A stretch of 64,000 nt of DNA, from the NCBI GenBank assembly GCA_964577695.1, contig CAZOAL010000020.1, forward strand, positions 72,121 through 136,120, written 5' to 3'. Below are positions 28,447 through 38,620 of the stretch, piece after piece. Under the pieces are notes generated by a model. It worked only from the letters and a program-made list of their open reading frames with translations, was not told where the DNA came from and searched no databases. The translations under genes were made by a program, and so were the position numbers. The stretch comes from an uncultured bacterium. GTDB lineage: Bacteria > Poribacteria > WGA-4E > PCPOR2b. The stretch's first letter is position 1. Every line of letters begins with the position of its first letter.

Positions 28447-28538
28447 TTTCGCTTGACAACGACTTTTCAAAGCGATTCTATTTTACAACCATGTCAAGTA
28501 GAACATTTGTCTAATTTAACAATGTCAAGGTAGAATCC

Positions 28539-29606
28539 CTAAAAAAGCCCAGAGATCGAAATCCGCTGAGAATCTCCAAGTTCATGGGCGTTGAAAGCGT
28601 AATCCGCAAATAGCGTCGCCTCACCAAAACGGAGGCGAAGCCCAGCGCCTGCCGCAAGTTTATCCCCTTCTGCGCCGATGCGGAGGGCAACCACGTTAAA
28701 CATCCAGTATTCTGCGCCGTAACGGAAAAGCACGCTACTGCCAGAAGCATTGCCAGCCTCAAGGTCTTTCCGGTCTGTCTCCAAATCTATCCCGAATGTT
28801 GCATGACCTATCCTCGGAAAGGGGAGATGGTAAGACGCGCCAAGCCTGAAGCGGGCGTCACGGGTGAATGTCGGGCGAGCGGGCGTATCCCAACTGATTT
28901 GCGTGCCGGTGGCGTCCTCTAACATCGCCCCGAGCCTGAAGCCGCGAAATAACTCCAGCATCAAGCCCAAATCAATTCCGAAACCGCTCCCGCTGTTTTC
29001 AAAAATCGACTGTCTGAGGAGCTTGAGATTCCCACCGAGCGCAAGCCTTTGATTGACCTGACGCGCATAAGAGATCAACACCGCATTATCTGTGTTACTG
29101 AAATATTCCGCTACTTCGGGGCGATCAATATACAACTCACCGGGGTCTTTGAGCCCGTTGCCGTTCTTATCTTGAAAATCCCCCAGGATGCCATTGCCGT
29201 TGGTATCTCTGAAAGTGGTGCGAGGAATATCGTCCACACCGAGTCGGATCCAACTGATGCCCACGCTCCCAATATTTTCAATCTGCTGAACATAATTAAC
29301 GAAGTTGTAATTGACCAGGCCTTTGTTGAGAAAACTCCCCTCTCCGGTCCCAAAGGAATCAGAGTACATTGCAGAGAAGGCATGCTTTTGAACAATCCGG
29401 GTAAGTCCTGCGGGATTCCAGTACGTCGCAGTGGCATCGTCAGCGATGGACACGAACACACTCCCCATGCCCAAAGCGCGCGCCCCGACGCCGTGGCTGA
29501 GGAACTCCGCGGCATGGCTCCCTTCTTCGGCATACCCCATCGTTGAGATGGCAATGAAACCGAGGGAGAACGTGAATAGAAATACAACCCAATCTTTTTT
29601 GAACAT
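28539..29606 (-). CDS. putative outer-membrane beta-barrel protein (PorV/FadL-like)
   Basis: Signal peptide, alternating amphipathic strands, C-terminal ...ISISGLF. T9SS cargo is present in the window. Confidence 0.35.
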   Translation of the reverse strand: MFKKDWVVFLFTFSLGFIAISTMGYAEEGSHAAEFLSHGVGARALGMGSVFVSIADDATATYWNPAGLTRIVQKHAFSAMYSDSFGTGEGSFLNKGLVNYNFVNYVQQIENIGSVGISWIRLGVDDIPRTTFRDTNGNGILGDFQDKNGNGLKDPGELYIDRPEVAEYFSNTDNAVLISYARQVNQRLALGGNLKLLRQSIFENSGSGFGIDLGLMLELFRGFRLGAMLEDATGTQISWDTPARPTFTRDARFRLGASYHLPFPRIGHATFGIDLETDRKDLEAGNASGSSVLFRYGAEYWMFNVVALRIGAEGDKLAAGAGLRLRFGEATLFADYAFNAHELGDSQRISISGLF

Positions 29607-29635
29607 AATGAAATGCCTCTCAGATTTGCAAATTT

Positions 29636-30765
29636 CTACACTCGATATTTCTCCAATGCGTCCAGGTCTAACTCACAACCCAAGCCGGGGGATTGGGGGA
29701 CCGGCGTGAACCCGCCTTCAAAAGTCAATCCCTCAACGATTAGATCATCGACGCGGGTCCAACTCCCGACGAAATCGCTGGCGAGGACGCAGTTGGGCGC
29801 GACGCTCGCCGCATGCAGATACGATATCTCCATGATGCCGAGGTCATTTCCCGAACCGTGCCACACCGGAATGCCGGCCGCATGGGCAGCGAAGCGGGGG
29901 CGCATTTGACAAAGTTGACCATCGACCCCCCGAGATTGAGATAATCAATCGCATCGGCGCGGATGGCTTTGAGCACGGATGCCGCGTCTCCCAGGTGCAA
30001 CGCAAGTGGGAATGGAAGTTTATCTCTCAGGTATCGATACTGCGCCAAGACATCATCTCGCAAGCCCTTTTTCGGAATCGGGTCTTCAAACACTTCAACG
30101 TTATCAAACCCCTTCAATTGCGATGCCAGTTCAAGGGTCTGTTCAACCGTATAGAAGCGTTCATTCGGGTCCACCGTCACTTTGAAATCAGACCCACCCA
30201 TCTCCCAAATCGCCCGCAATCGATCAACCATCGGTTCCTGAATTGTGCATTTCGTTTTGAGTCCGGTAAAACCGCGCCCAATCGCGATTTTTGTGCTCCG
30301 CGCGGTGTGCGCCGGCGTCTGATGCCCGATCCAAAAATCCGCCCTCACCTTCTCTCGGCAGGCACCGCCGAGAAGCGCATGGGCGGGCACCCCCATCCGT
30401 TTGCCGATGAGATCGAAGCTTGCCATCTCAAACGCCTCGTAGCCTGCGGGGTAGGGACCGAGATTCATCTCCCATTCGTTCGGCGCTTGAGGCGTTGGTT
30501 TCAGCGGCTCCGTGCGAAAGACGTTCTGGAGACACATCTGCATCACGTCCCGGCCCTTCAACTGTTCAGCCACTTGGATAACCGCCGCTGCGGATTGCCC
30601 CCGCCCCGTTTCACCGATTCCGCTGATGCCTTCGTCGGTGTGAACTTGAATAATCTGTTTGGGCACTTTTGCCCATTCAGGATAGCCGCCGTATTCCTCG
30701 CTATGCACTGCCTCCGGGAACACCGGCACAACAACAGTCCAAACATCGATGTGTGTGATTTTCAT
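29636..30765 (-). CDS. enolase-superfamily (MR/MLE-type) enzyme with a frameshift near 29890-29910 at G5/C6 homopolymers
   Basis: ORF 29740..30765 carries the N-terminal and barrel domains. ORF 29636..29905 carries the C-terminal ...PGLGCELDLDALEKY. The two are in different frames. Confidence 0.55.
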
Positions 30766-30862
30766 CGAAGCCTCCCTCGTTTGAAAAACTGTGAGGATAA
30801 GTGTAGCAGGAAGGGATTCTCAAGTCAAGGTTTTTAAACTTTCTCTTTTGGGGAGATTCTTC

Positions 30863-31648
30863 CTACTTTTTCAACTTGCCCCAGGTTGTTGCCAGCTTAC
30901 CGGCAGGGTCAACCGCTAAAGGACCGCCAAATTTCAGTTTGCCGAGATTCCCCGCCTCATCCGGATTCACACCGCCCCAGTCCATGAAGATAGGTCCCGC
31001 CTTCTTTTCAGGGTTATCCGTCCCCTCCTCATAGCCGGGGGTAAAGCCAATCTCAACGCCTTCCTTGATCTTCCTTTTCGTGAGGAGCTCGAACGGCATT
31101 GCGACTTCGTAAATCATCCCGCCTTTGCCCAGCTCGGGACGCGGGACGATAGCAATCTCGGATTGAAAGAGCTGTGGATTGTTCCCGAAGTTAGACACGG
31201 CGGCTTTCTTGTTAATCAACGCAAAGTTTGGCTTACTGGGGGGCGCTCCGACTTTCACGTTGTCCCAATCAATGTACAGGAAAATCGTATCTCCTAGCCA
31301 GGGCTGTGCGGGGTTTGCCGAAGCGGAAAAAATATCATCTCGCACGGCGGCAGCGAAGTAGAAATTCTTCTCATCATACATCGTTGCCCAGGTCACGCTG
31401 AGATCGTCTTTGCCTTTCCATGCGCCCTTGCCTCGAAGGAGCTCCCTCTCCGAGTCAAAGGCGATCCAGATGGCATGTTTCCAGTCATCTAAATCCCCAT
31501 CAATTTTGGGCGTGGTGGGAGGGATGCCGACGATCGATTCGCCATATTTGAGCCCGAATTTATCACCGTTTGGCTCCGGCAGGAAGTGCCCCGCCCAGAC
31601 TGTCGTGTGGAATAAAAGCACTGCACTTAAATAAGCTATCCATTTCAT
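30863..31648 (-). CDS. secreted carbohydrate-binding (CBM9/DOMON-like) protein
   Basis: Signal peptide from MKWIAYLSAVLL. DGDLDDW...NFYFAAAVRDD motifs. Confidence 0.5.
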   Translation of the reverse strand: MKWIAYLSAVLLFHTTVWAGHFLPEPNGDKFGLKYGESIVGIPPTTPKIDGDLDDWKHAIWIAFDSERELLRGKGAWKGKDDLSVTWATMYDEKNFYFAAAVRDDIFSASANPAQPWLGDTIFLYIDWDNVKVGAPPSKPNFALINKKAAVSNFGNNPQLFQSEIAIVPRPELGKGGMIYEVAMPFELLTKRKIKEGVEIGFTPGYEEGTDNPEKKAGPIFMDWGGVNPDEAGNLGKLKFGGPLAVDPAGKLATTWGKLKK

Positions 31649-31695
31649 TTGAGGTTCCTCCTTATGTTCTGATGAAATTGGTGATGGACAAGCGC

Positions 31696-31726
31696 TCCAG
31701 ACTTCGGAAGTTTGGAAAACTTCCGA
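31696..31726. promoter_or_regulatory. 14-bp perfect palindrome GACTTCGGAAGTTT-GGA-AAACTTCCGAAGTC about 50 bp upstream of the CBM9-like gene
   Basis: Member of the dispersed CTTCGGAAG palindrome family. Confidence 0.35.
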
Positions 31727-32113
31727 AGTCTCGTGATGGATTGAATCCATACTCTTGTTTCAATTATAATATAACAACGCAATTGTTGACAAGGAGTAAC
31801 TGTCACATCCAGAAAAACTCCGTTTCTCGCGCCCAAGGCGAAAAGACGAAAACTGACGTTCGTGTACATACGTGTTAGCTCACTCACAGTAATACTATTG
31901 ACTCTCCTCTTTTTGTGAGGTATCATATTAGCGATTTTTTGCGATGGTTCGACGATGGGATGGATTTTCTCAGTCCGTTCGGTAGAGCGGGGCAGGCAGA
32001 AAACCATCGTTTTAAGAAATGTCAAAGTGCTTCACCACCTTAAATTTGATGGTAGTGGCGACTTCAGTCGCTTAGGTCGTTCATAGGGCCTTATGCTCGT
32101 TTCGCCGGAAACT

Positions 32114-32135
32114 CCTGAATCCTGAATCCTGAATC
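32114..32135. repeat. tandem heptamer repeat (CCTGAAT)x3
   Basis: cctgaatcctgaatcctgaatc upstream of trxA. Confidence 0.7.
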
Positions 32136-32229
32136 TTTGAGGAATTGGGAACCGCATCCACGAAAAGAGAGGCTTTGGTCAAAAAACGAGCATAAGGCCC
32201 TAATAAGACTGTTCATAAGGAGAAAAATC

Positions 32230-32556
32230 ATGGCTGAAAACATTTTAGAAATCACCGACACTAATTTTGAAGAGAGCGTCTTAAAATCAGATATGCCGAT
32301 TGTTGTCGATTTTTGGGCGGAATGGTGCGGCCCGTGCAAAATGATTGCCCTATCCCTCGAACAACTCGCGAAGGAATATGTAAGCAAATTCAAAGTGGGT
32401 AAGCTTAATGTCGATGACAACCGTGCGACGGCAATGCGATACAACGTCCGCAGCATCCCGATGTTGCTGGTCTTCAAGGGCGGAGAAGTTGCCGAACAGA
32501 TCGTCGGAGCATATCCGAAAGAGTTACTCAAAAGCAAGATCCTCGCCGCGCTGTAA
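32230..32556 (+). CDS. trxA: thioredoxin
   Basis: WAEWCGPCKMIAP active site, about 108 aa from MAENIL. Confidence 0.9.
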   Translation: MAENILEITDTNFEESVLKSDMPIVVDFWAEWCGPCKMIALSLEQLAKEYVSKFKVGKLNVDDNRATAMRYNVRSIPMLLVFKGGEVAEQIVGAYPKELLKSKILAAL

Positions 32557-32600
32557 GCATGAAACCTGAAACCTGAAACGTAATGGAAGAGTGGAAGAGT

Positions 32601-32632
32601 GGAAGGATGGAAAAGTGGGTTCCCATCCTTCC
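32601..32632. repeat. palindromic GGAAGGATGG-N12-CCATCCTTCC hairpin repeat
   Basis: Also at 37184..37223 and, degenerate, at 34150..34200, 15150..15250, 25530..25600 and 48105..48130. Confidence 0.6.
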
Positions 32633-32696
32633 CTTCCTTCCATCCTTCCTTTTCTTCCTTTCACGTTTCACGTTTCACGCATCACGTCTGACGTCT

Positions 32697-33992
32697 ATGC
32701 TCTGGGAAATCCTCTATAACACCATTGCAGTTCCTGCGCTATTCGTTGGTTTTCATACGGCGGCTCAGTTTAACCCCAAGGTGCGTGAAGGGCTCGCCGG
32801 CAGAAGAGGCGTTTTCGATTCCCTGAAAAATCAGTTACTGGCAGGGCGAAAGCTGAATCAAACCGCCTGGTTTCATTTTACCTCCGTCGGCGAATTTGAG
32901 CAAGCCAAACCGTTAATCGAAGCAATCAAAGACGAGGCACGGATCGTCTTAACCTACTTTTCCCCTTCCGTTCACCCCAACGTTGCAAGGTATCCCCATC
33001 GTGACGCCGCCATTTATCTGCCCCTTGACACCTACCGAAACGCAGAACAACTCGTTCAGCTCATCAATCCATCTCTTCTGGTCTTTTCCAAATTTGACAT
33101 CTGGCCTAACCTGGTCTGGTGTCTTTCCAGGCATAAGGTTCCGATCATCCTCATTGCGGGGACGCTACATGCAGCATCCCAACGTCTGGCACCCTTCGCG
33201 CGACCTTTCTTCAGAAGCGTTCACCGACATATCGCTGTCCATTGCGTCATCTCAGCGGGCGATGCCGGACGCTTCCACCACATTTGCCCCCCGGACGCCC
33301 GAATCGTTGTCACCGGGGATACCCGTTTTGATCGCGTCTATCAACGGGCAATCGCTGTCGATGCGGACACGGAATTTTTCCCCGGTCAATCGACCTTGAA
33401 ACGCCCCATCCTGATTGCGGGAAGCACTTACTCGGCGGATGAACGGGTCTTGCTCGAAGCCTGCGTTCACTTACGCAAGGATTCGCCACAGGTCATGCCG
33501 CATTTAATTCTGGTCCCCCACGAGCCAACAGATGAACGAATCCGAGAGATTCGGGGACAGTTGGCCCAGTGGGGATTTTCACACATCTGTTTTTCAGCGC
33601 TCAAGGGTGGGGTTGACCTGAGCCCAATCGATGTGATTGTGATTGACACGGTGGGTCTGCTGGCAAAGCTCTACCGGTTCGGCGACATTGCTTTCGTCGG
33701 CGGGAGTTTTCACGGCAGCGTGCACAACGTGATGGAGCCAGCGGCGATGGCGAAACCCATTTTATTCGGCCCCACCATCCATAACGCTTATGAAGCGTAT
33801 GTGCTGAAGGAGCGGGGGGCAGCGCGAGTGGTCAATAATGCGCAGGAGATGGCAGAGGTTCTCAAAGCATGGCTTGCGGACGCAGAGGGACGGGCACAAA
33901 TGGGACAGATCGGGGTGCAGGTCATTGAGGAGAATTTGGGGGCATCTGAGCGGACGCTGGTGCATCTGAGAGCTTATCTGCATAAAACATAA
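32697..33992 (+). CDS. waaA: 3-deoxy-D-manno-octulosonic acid (Kdo) transferase
   Basis: WFHFTSVGEFEQAKPLIEAIK is the KdtA N-terminal signature. Start taken as MLWEILY after the repeat-derived upstream ORF part. Confidence 0.7.
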   Translation: MLWEILYNTIAVPALFVGFHTAAQFNPKVREGLAGRRGVFDSLKNQLLAGRKLNQTAWFHFTSVGEFEQAKPLIEAIKDEARIVLTYFSPSVHPNVARYPHRDAAIYLPLDTYRNAEQLVQLINPSLLVFSKFDIWPNLVWCLSRHKVPIILIAGTLHAASQRLAPFARPFFRSVHRHIAVHCVISAGDAGRFHHICPPDARIVVTGDTRFDRVYQRAIAVDADTEFFPGQSTLKRPILIAGSTYSADERVLLEACVHLRKDSPQVMPHLILVPHEPTDERIREIRGQLAQWGFSHICFSALKGGVDLSPIDVIVIDTVGLLAKLYRFGDIAFVGGSFHGSVHNVMEPAAMAKPILFGPTIHNAYEAYVLKERGAARVVNNAQEMAEVLKAWLADAEGRAQMGQIGVQVIEENLGASERTLVHLRAYLHKT

Positions 33993-34013
33993 AACGTATG
34001 AGTCGGGCGAGAG

Positions 34014-34042
34014 CCTTCCGAAGGTTTCAAACCTTCGGAAGG
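34014..34042 (+). terminator. hairpin CCTTCCGAAGG-tttcaaa-CCTTCGGAAGG downstream of waaA
   Basis: 11-bp stem, 22 bp after the stop. CTTCGGAAG family. Confidence 0.45.
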
Positions 34043-34072
34043 TTGGTTGAACCGACTTGAGTCACTTAAAAC

Positions 34073-34287
34073 GGCATGTTTCAAATTTCCCGGAAAATAA
34101 CTTGACACTTTGAGAGCAGGAAACCTGCACGGATGGAAGAATGAGAGCAGGGAACCTGCACGGATGGGAGGGATGCCTTCCAATCTTCCATCCTTCCATC
34201 CCGCCGGATTGAGCTCCGTTCCGAGAGTCTTCGACCTGTCGAAATCTTCCGCTCACAAAGCGTGTCAAGAGGTTTCTGAAACATGCC
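34073..34287. mobile_element. MITE-like element with GGCATGTTTCA...CTTGACAC terminal inverted repeats (copy A, 215 bp)
   Basis: Left GGCATGTTTCAAATTTCCCGGAAAATAACTTGACAC. Right reverse-complement GGCATGTTTCAGAAACCTCTTGACAC. Interior carries GGAAGGATGG-type repeats. Confidence 0.6.
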
Positions 34288-34301
34288 AAAATCAGCAACT
34301 A

Positions 34302-34661
34302 TTATCTCTTGTCCCGTATCGTCCAAACATCCAGGGTGACTTCCGTCTCAGAATCAAGGAGGGCCTCTGTTAATTTAATCTCGAACAGGCACCTTGGAAA
34401 AAGGGCGCGTAGGTGTGGTTTCCACACGTCCCGAATTTTGATTCCCAGTTCCCTTTGTTCCTCCAGATGGGGCGTGAGATCGCTGAGATGGAGGTGATTC
34501 AGGGTCGCTTCCACTTTGGTCGGATTTTCGAGCGCCAATCTGTGCCAATGCGCTTTATAGGTTGCTTCAGAAAAATGGGATTCAAACAACACACAATCGT
34601 CTCGAACAATAAAGTGAGGGGATAAAATCTGAAGGAGGTAATCTTTATCAAGGATTTCCAT
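34302..34661 (-). CDS. hypothetical protein
   Basis: 119-aa ORF. Adjacent to a 76-aa ORF, possibly a small operon. Confidence 0.4.
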   Translation of the reverse strand: MEILDKDYLLQILSPHFIVRDDCVLFESHFSEATYKAHWHRLALENPTKVEATLNHLHLSDLTPHLEEQRELGIKIRDVWKPHLRALFPRCLFEIKLTEALLDSETEVTLDVWTIRDKR

Positions 34662-34662
34662 A

Positions 34663-34893
34663 CTATTTCACCTCTTTGAAAATTAGTTCTTCTGCCTCCA
34701 CGGGGATTCTTTCTTTTTTGCCGCCTGGGACGTGTTTATCCCAATGGGCATAGTGCATCTCATCCTCTGGATGAAATCGCCATCTCTCACCCGTTTTGGG
34801 GTTGACCCAGTATTTCCCTTCTTTTCTCCATTTATTGGTAAAGCCGGGCGGCTTGGGGCCTCTATCCCTTGGCTTTCCAGTCTTTTTACTCAC
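34663..34893 (-). CDS. hypothetical basic small protein
   Basis: 76 aa, Lys/Arg-rich. Confidence 0.35.
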   Translation of the reverse strand: MSKKTGKPRDRGPKPPGFTNKWRKEGKYWVNPKTGERWRFHPEDEMHYAHWDKHVPGGKKERIPVEAEELIFKEVK

Positions 34894-34907
34894 GGAGTGT
34901 TTCTCCC

Positions 34908-37115
34908 TTACTTGAGCAGCAGCATTTTCCCACTCTCATGATACGCTCCGGCTTGCAGGTGGTAAAAGTAGACCCCGCTCGGAAGCAACTCACCCACGTC
35001 ATTTCTGCCATCCCAATGAATGGCATCCGCTTTTGCCCGATAAATACCAGTAGATTTTTCCCCCAAAGCCAGCGTGCGGATGAGATGCCCTTGGGCGTCG
35101 TAAATCGTCAGGGTCACATCGGATGAAGTTGCCAATTGGTACGGAATCCAGGTGTCGGGGTTGAAGGGATTGGGAAAGTTCGGCAACAAGGCGGTGCGTT
35201 TGACCTGCCCCCAAAGCGTCGGCTGTATCTTCGCGGGCGCAACAGGGGATGCAAGGTCCACATCCCATAACTCGATTTTCTCGCCGAGCGTGATGAGGCG
35301 TTTCCCATCTCTGCTGAATGAAAAATTCCGGTCATAGCCAGGCAGGTTGAATGTTAAACTGTCCACCACTTCTCTATCCTTCCACTGAAATGCCGTGATT
35401 TTTCCCTGGTAGATTTGGCCCAGCACCGGCGTTTCCCAGAGGAGATACCCGCCATCGGGACTGAAGGTCAGCAACCGGGCTGGCACCGGATAGGAGGCGA
35501 TTTTTTCATTCTTTTGAATATCCCAGAAAAACAGGTTGCTCCCATCCGCTGAAACCAGAATCCGCCCATCTGGACTAAAAGTGAAAGACGACGCGCCTCT
35601 CTCATGTCCGCGAAGCACCAGATCGACTTTGCGCTCATCTACATTCCAGATGAAGATGTTCTTCTTGAGTGCATTACCTGCGGAAGCTAGGAACTTACCA
35701 TCGGGGCTGATGGCAAATAATCCCGCCTCCCCTCTGAACCCGACCTCCTCGCCCTGCACATTCAGGACCCTTTTTTCTGAATCGATATCCCACCCCAGAA
35801 TCTCGTGCTCATCATTGACGGCGTAGATGCGTTTGCTGTCAGGGCTGAACACTGCCCGCTTTGGTCCTTGAAAGGCGAAGTTGACGCGCTCTCTCCATTT
35901 CGTTGCGTCCAAAATGCGTACCGCATCGCCATCCGCAACGACCAGCAGTTCCCCGTTGGGGCTGAAGTCCAGCGTCCTGAAATCCAACCCCCGGCCGGCC
36001 CAGCGTTTCCGCTCGACCCCCTGCTGGATGTCCCAGAGCCGAACCGTGTCGTCGCTGTGAAGGGTGGCGAAGGACTCCCCGTCGGGACTGATGACAACGG
36101 AGCTCACCCCGCCCGTATGGGTTTCCTTTTGAATGGTGGGCTTTCGCGTCGCCACATCCCAGATTTGGATGGTTGTACTATTAGAGATGATGGCGAATCG
36201 GTCCCCCGCCGGGTGAAAACTCAAAGAACTAACACCGCCATTGACTGGAAACTGGGCGACCTCCACTTTCGCTACGATATCCCACAACCGAATTGGGCTA
36301 TTCCACCCCCAGAAAACCATCTGGTTTCGATTCGGAGTTGCGATCAGAACACTGCTCTGTATGTCCTTTATCACGTCGATTTGCTCGCCGGTGTCAACGT
36401 CCCAGAATTTCACGTCTGCCGTAAGATTGGCGACAGCAATAGAAAACAGCGTTTTCCCGTCCGCGCTGAAGGCGATTGCCGGCCAGGTGGCTTGATGGTT
36501 CAGGGTGTGGATGAGGGCTTGGGTTTCAAGGTCAAAGATCAGGATTTTGCCCCAATCGCCAGCGACCGCAATCAAGCGCCCATCCGGGCTGAAAAGGGCG
36601 TTTCTGGGTTGCTCCCCGGCCCGCCGGATGACATACCCAAAATCGGCGGCCTGCTCCTGCTTCTGGACATCCCAGAGGTAGAGGGTGCCGTCCGAGGAGG
36701 AAGAGGCTAAAAGTGCCCCATCCGGACTGAAATTGACCGAGTTCACAGCGTAAGTGTGCCCGGCGAAGGTGGCGACCTCCTGTCCCGTCGCCATCTCCCA
36801 CAACCGAACCACACCATCAGACCCACCGGATGCAAGCCATTGACCGTCGGGACTGGTAGCGATTGTATTGATCCGACCCAAATCGGCGGCAAAATGCGCA
36901 ACCTCCGTGAGTGTCGAGGCGTCATACAACCAGATGCCATCACGACCAGAGACCGCGAGGCGTTCGCCGTCGGGGGAGTAGACAATCTGGTTAATCCAAC
37001 CGTTGCCGTAGGCTCTGGTTGGGGCCTCCGGGAAAATCTTGGCCGACGCCATCCCCACAGAAACGGTCAGTTGAATGAACACGACAGAGATCAGTAATCC
37101 GTAAATCCTTCTCAT
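34908..37115 (-). CDS. WD40-repeat beta-propeller protein with C-terminal T9SS (Por) sorting domain
   Basis: Repeated ...SPDG..LAS...DG.I.LWD units. C-terminal ...LPSGVYFYHLQAGAYHESGKMLLLK is characteristic of the T9SS C-terminal domain. Confidence 0.7.
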   Translation of the reverse strand: MRRIYGLLISVVFIQLTVSVGMASAKIFPEAPTRAYGNGWINQIVYSPDGERLAVSGRDGIWLYDASTLTEVAHFAADLGRINTIATSPDGQWLASGGSDGVVRLWEMATGQEVATFAGHTYAVNSVNFSPDGALLASSSSDGTLYLWDVQKQEQAADFGYVIRRAGEQPRNALFSPDGRLIAVAGDWGKILIFDLETQALIHTLNHQATWPAIAFSADGKTLFSIAVANLTADVKFWDVDTGEQIDVIKDIQSSVLIATPNRNQMVFWGWNSPIRLWDIVAKVEVAQFPVNGGVSSLSFHPAGDRFAIISNSTTIQIWDVATRKPTIQKETHTGGVSSVVISPDGESFATLHSDDTVRLWDIQQGVERKRWAGRGLDFRTLDFSPNGELLVVADGDAVRILDATKWRERVNFAFQGPKRAVFSPDSKRIYAVNDEHEILGWDIDSEKRVLNVQGEEVGFRGEAGLFAISPDGKFLASAGNALKKNIFIWNVDERKVDLVLRGHERGASSFTFSPDGRILVSADGSNLFFWDIQKNEKIASYPVPARLLTFSPDGGYLLWETPVLGQIYQGKITAFQWKDREVVDSLTFNLPGYDRNFSFSRDGKRLITLGEKIELWDVDLASPVAPAKIQPTLWGQVKRTALLPNFPNPFNPDTWIPYQLATSSDVTLTIYDAQGHLIRTLALGEKSTGIYRAKADAIHWDGRNDVGELLPSGVYFYHLQAGAYHESGKMLLLK

Positions 37116-37137
37116 TTTTATTTCCTCCTGGTATCCG

Positions 37138-37281
37138 CCATGTCAAAAACGCAAACGCAAAAGACAGGCGTGAAACGTTGAAAGGGTGGAAGGATGGAAG
37201 ATTGGGCACCCATCCTTCCACCCTTCTATTCTTCCAACCACCAAGCGTATCAAGCAGTTTCTGAAACATGCCTCATTCCAG
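37138..37281. mobile_element. MITE-like element copy B (degenerate left end) containing the GGGTGGAAGGATGG...CCATCCTTCCACCC palindrome
   Basis: Right end reverse-complement GGCATGTTTCAGAAACTGCTTGATAC. Palindrome at 37184..37223. Confidence 0.45.
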
Positions 37282-38559
37282 CGGAATCGTCAGATCGAGA
37301 CGGTTCCCATCTCGCAAAACGACAATCGGGATTTGCGTCCCCCCCTTATAGTTCAGACGCACACGAACATTCAACTGGAGAGACGTTTCATTCTGTTCGC
37401 TACCATCAAATGACACGATGACATCGTTGTCACGGAGCCCCGCCTGACGAAGCGCTTTGCCGAAATATTGCGCTTTGAGGGCGAGACGGTCAGGCGCAAT
37501 GCCCAACGCTTTCTTCTCATCGATGGACAGTTCTGGTGCCCACAGTTCCAGTTTCGGGTGCAGCCCCCACATCGAGCCGCGCCATGAAATATCCCGTTTG
37601 CGCCAATCGCCATCAACCGTGAGCGTCGTCAGATATAATTTGTTGTCTCGGGAATACTCCACTTGCAAAGTTCCTGGTGTCGGCAAATGGTGGAGCACCC
37701 ACTGAATATCCGCCTGCGAGAGAATGATCTGACCATTGAGGGTGTGGATGACATCGCCCGATACGAGACCGCTTTTCTCGGCGAAGGAGTTAGGCAGGAT
37801 TTCCCTCACCTTCGTTCCTTCGTCCACATCCATCAACAGTCCAACGTTTTCGGGAAGCGGATAAACCCAGATCTCATCCTGCTTAAAGGTCCCTTCGGTG
37901 TATTCGACATCACGAATCCCTTCGTAGACCTCATGGCAGTGGATACAGCCTTCCGCCTGCTCTTTAGGATCGCCGTGGCGTTTGGACTGCAATTTGGTTT
38001 TCAGCGGGGTAATCTCTTGAACTGACTTGAAACGCGGTTCAGGACCCCGTTTCCCTTCAAACAGAGGGCGGTTGTTCGGGTAGTCCGCGTGAAGTTCGAG
38101 GGCTTGTTTCATTGCCTTCTTCAGAGAAGCCAACGATATATGCGTCATTCCATCCCGAGCGGCGCGAGTTCCATATCGCCCGTAAATCGTCCCGTCGGCG
38201 TTCATGAAAAACGCTGACCATGTCAGGTCGTAATCGAACTGAAAGAGGTTCAAGTCCGCATCATTCATGCGCACAATGCGCACAGGGACAAACTGTTTTG
38301 AGAGTTCCGTTAATTCTGAGTCGAGACGAGCAACCTGCCCGTCGAAGGCTTTGCAAGCCATTCAGGGGACTCAGCGAAAAAGAACAAAAAGCGGTTTCCC
38401 TTCGCTCTTGGCTTTGGTGACCGCTGCCTGGAAATCGTTGTAAATCCAGTGGTCTCCGACCTCAAAGTCTTTCAGTTGCTCCTGAAGATTCTGAGCGTAA
38501 GCAATCCACAAGATCGATAACAATAAGATCGGCAGTAAAAACACAACACGTTTTCGCAT
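37273..38559 (-). CDS. secreted TlpA/DUF255-like thioredoxin-fold protein with two C-terminal PDZ domains, carrying two in-frame TGA codons (38371-38373 and 38362-38364) at the positions of the CxxC cysteines; candidate U-V-P-U selenoprotein
   Basis: ORFs 38371..38574 and 37273..38361 are in the same frame, separated only by TGA-GTC-CCC-TGA. Context ...KPLFVLFR-U-V-P-U-MACKAF... aligns with F.A.WC-VP-C of TlpA/ResA and STCHWCHVMA of DUF255. Signal peptide MRKRVVFLLPILLLSILWIAYA. Confidence 0.5.
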
Positions 38560-38620
38560 AATAAAATCCTCCAAAAATAAGGGGCTGTTTCATTTCCCCC
38601 AACATGAGTTGACAGTTTGG

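Noticed and set aside
28465-28530. Direct repeats CCATGTCAAGTAGAAC / CAATGTCAAGGTAGAAT between convergent genes
   Set aside because: Only two imperfect copies and no associated regulator. Insufficient evidence for an operator or iteron.
32583-32696. N-terminal extensions MEEWKSGRMEKW.../MEGWKIG... of several ORFs as real protein sequence
   Set aside because: They are translations of the GGAAGGATGG palindromic repeats. Conserved protein starts lie downstream (e.g. MLWEILY for waaA).
38362-38373. Alternative genetic code (TGA=Trp/Gly) as an explanation for the in-frame TGAs
   Set aside because: Many well-supported genes in the window terminate at TGA (e.g. brnT at 52088..52090), and Trp or Gly at both redox positions would not make functional sense.
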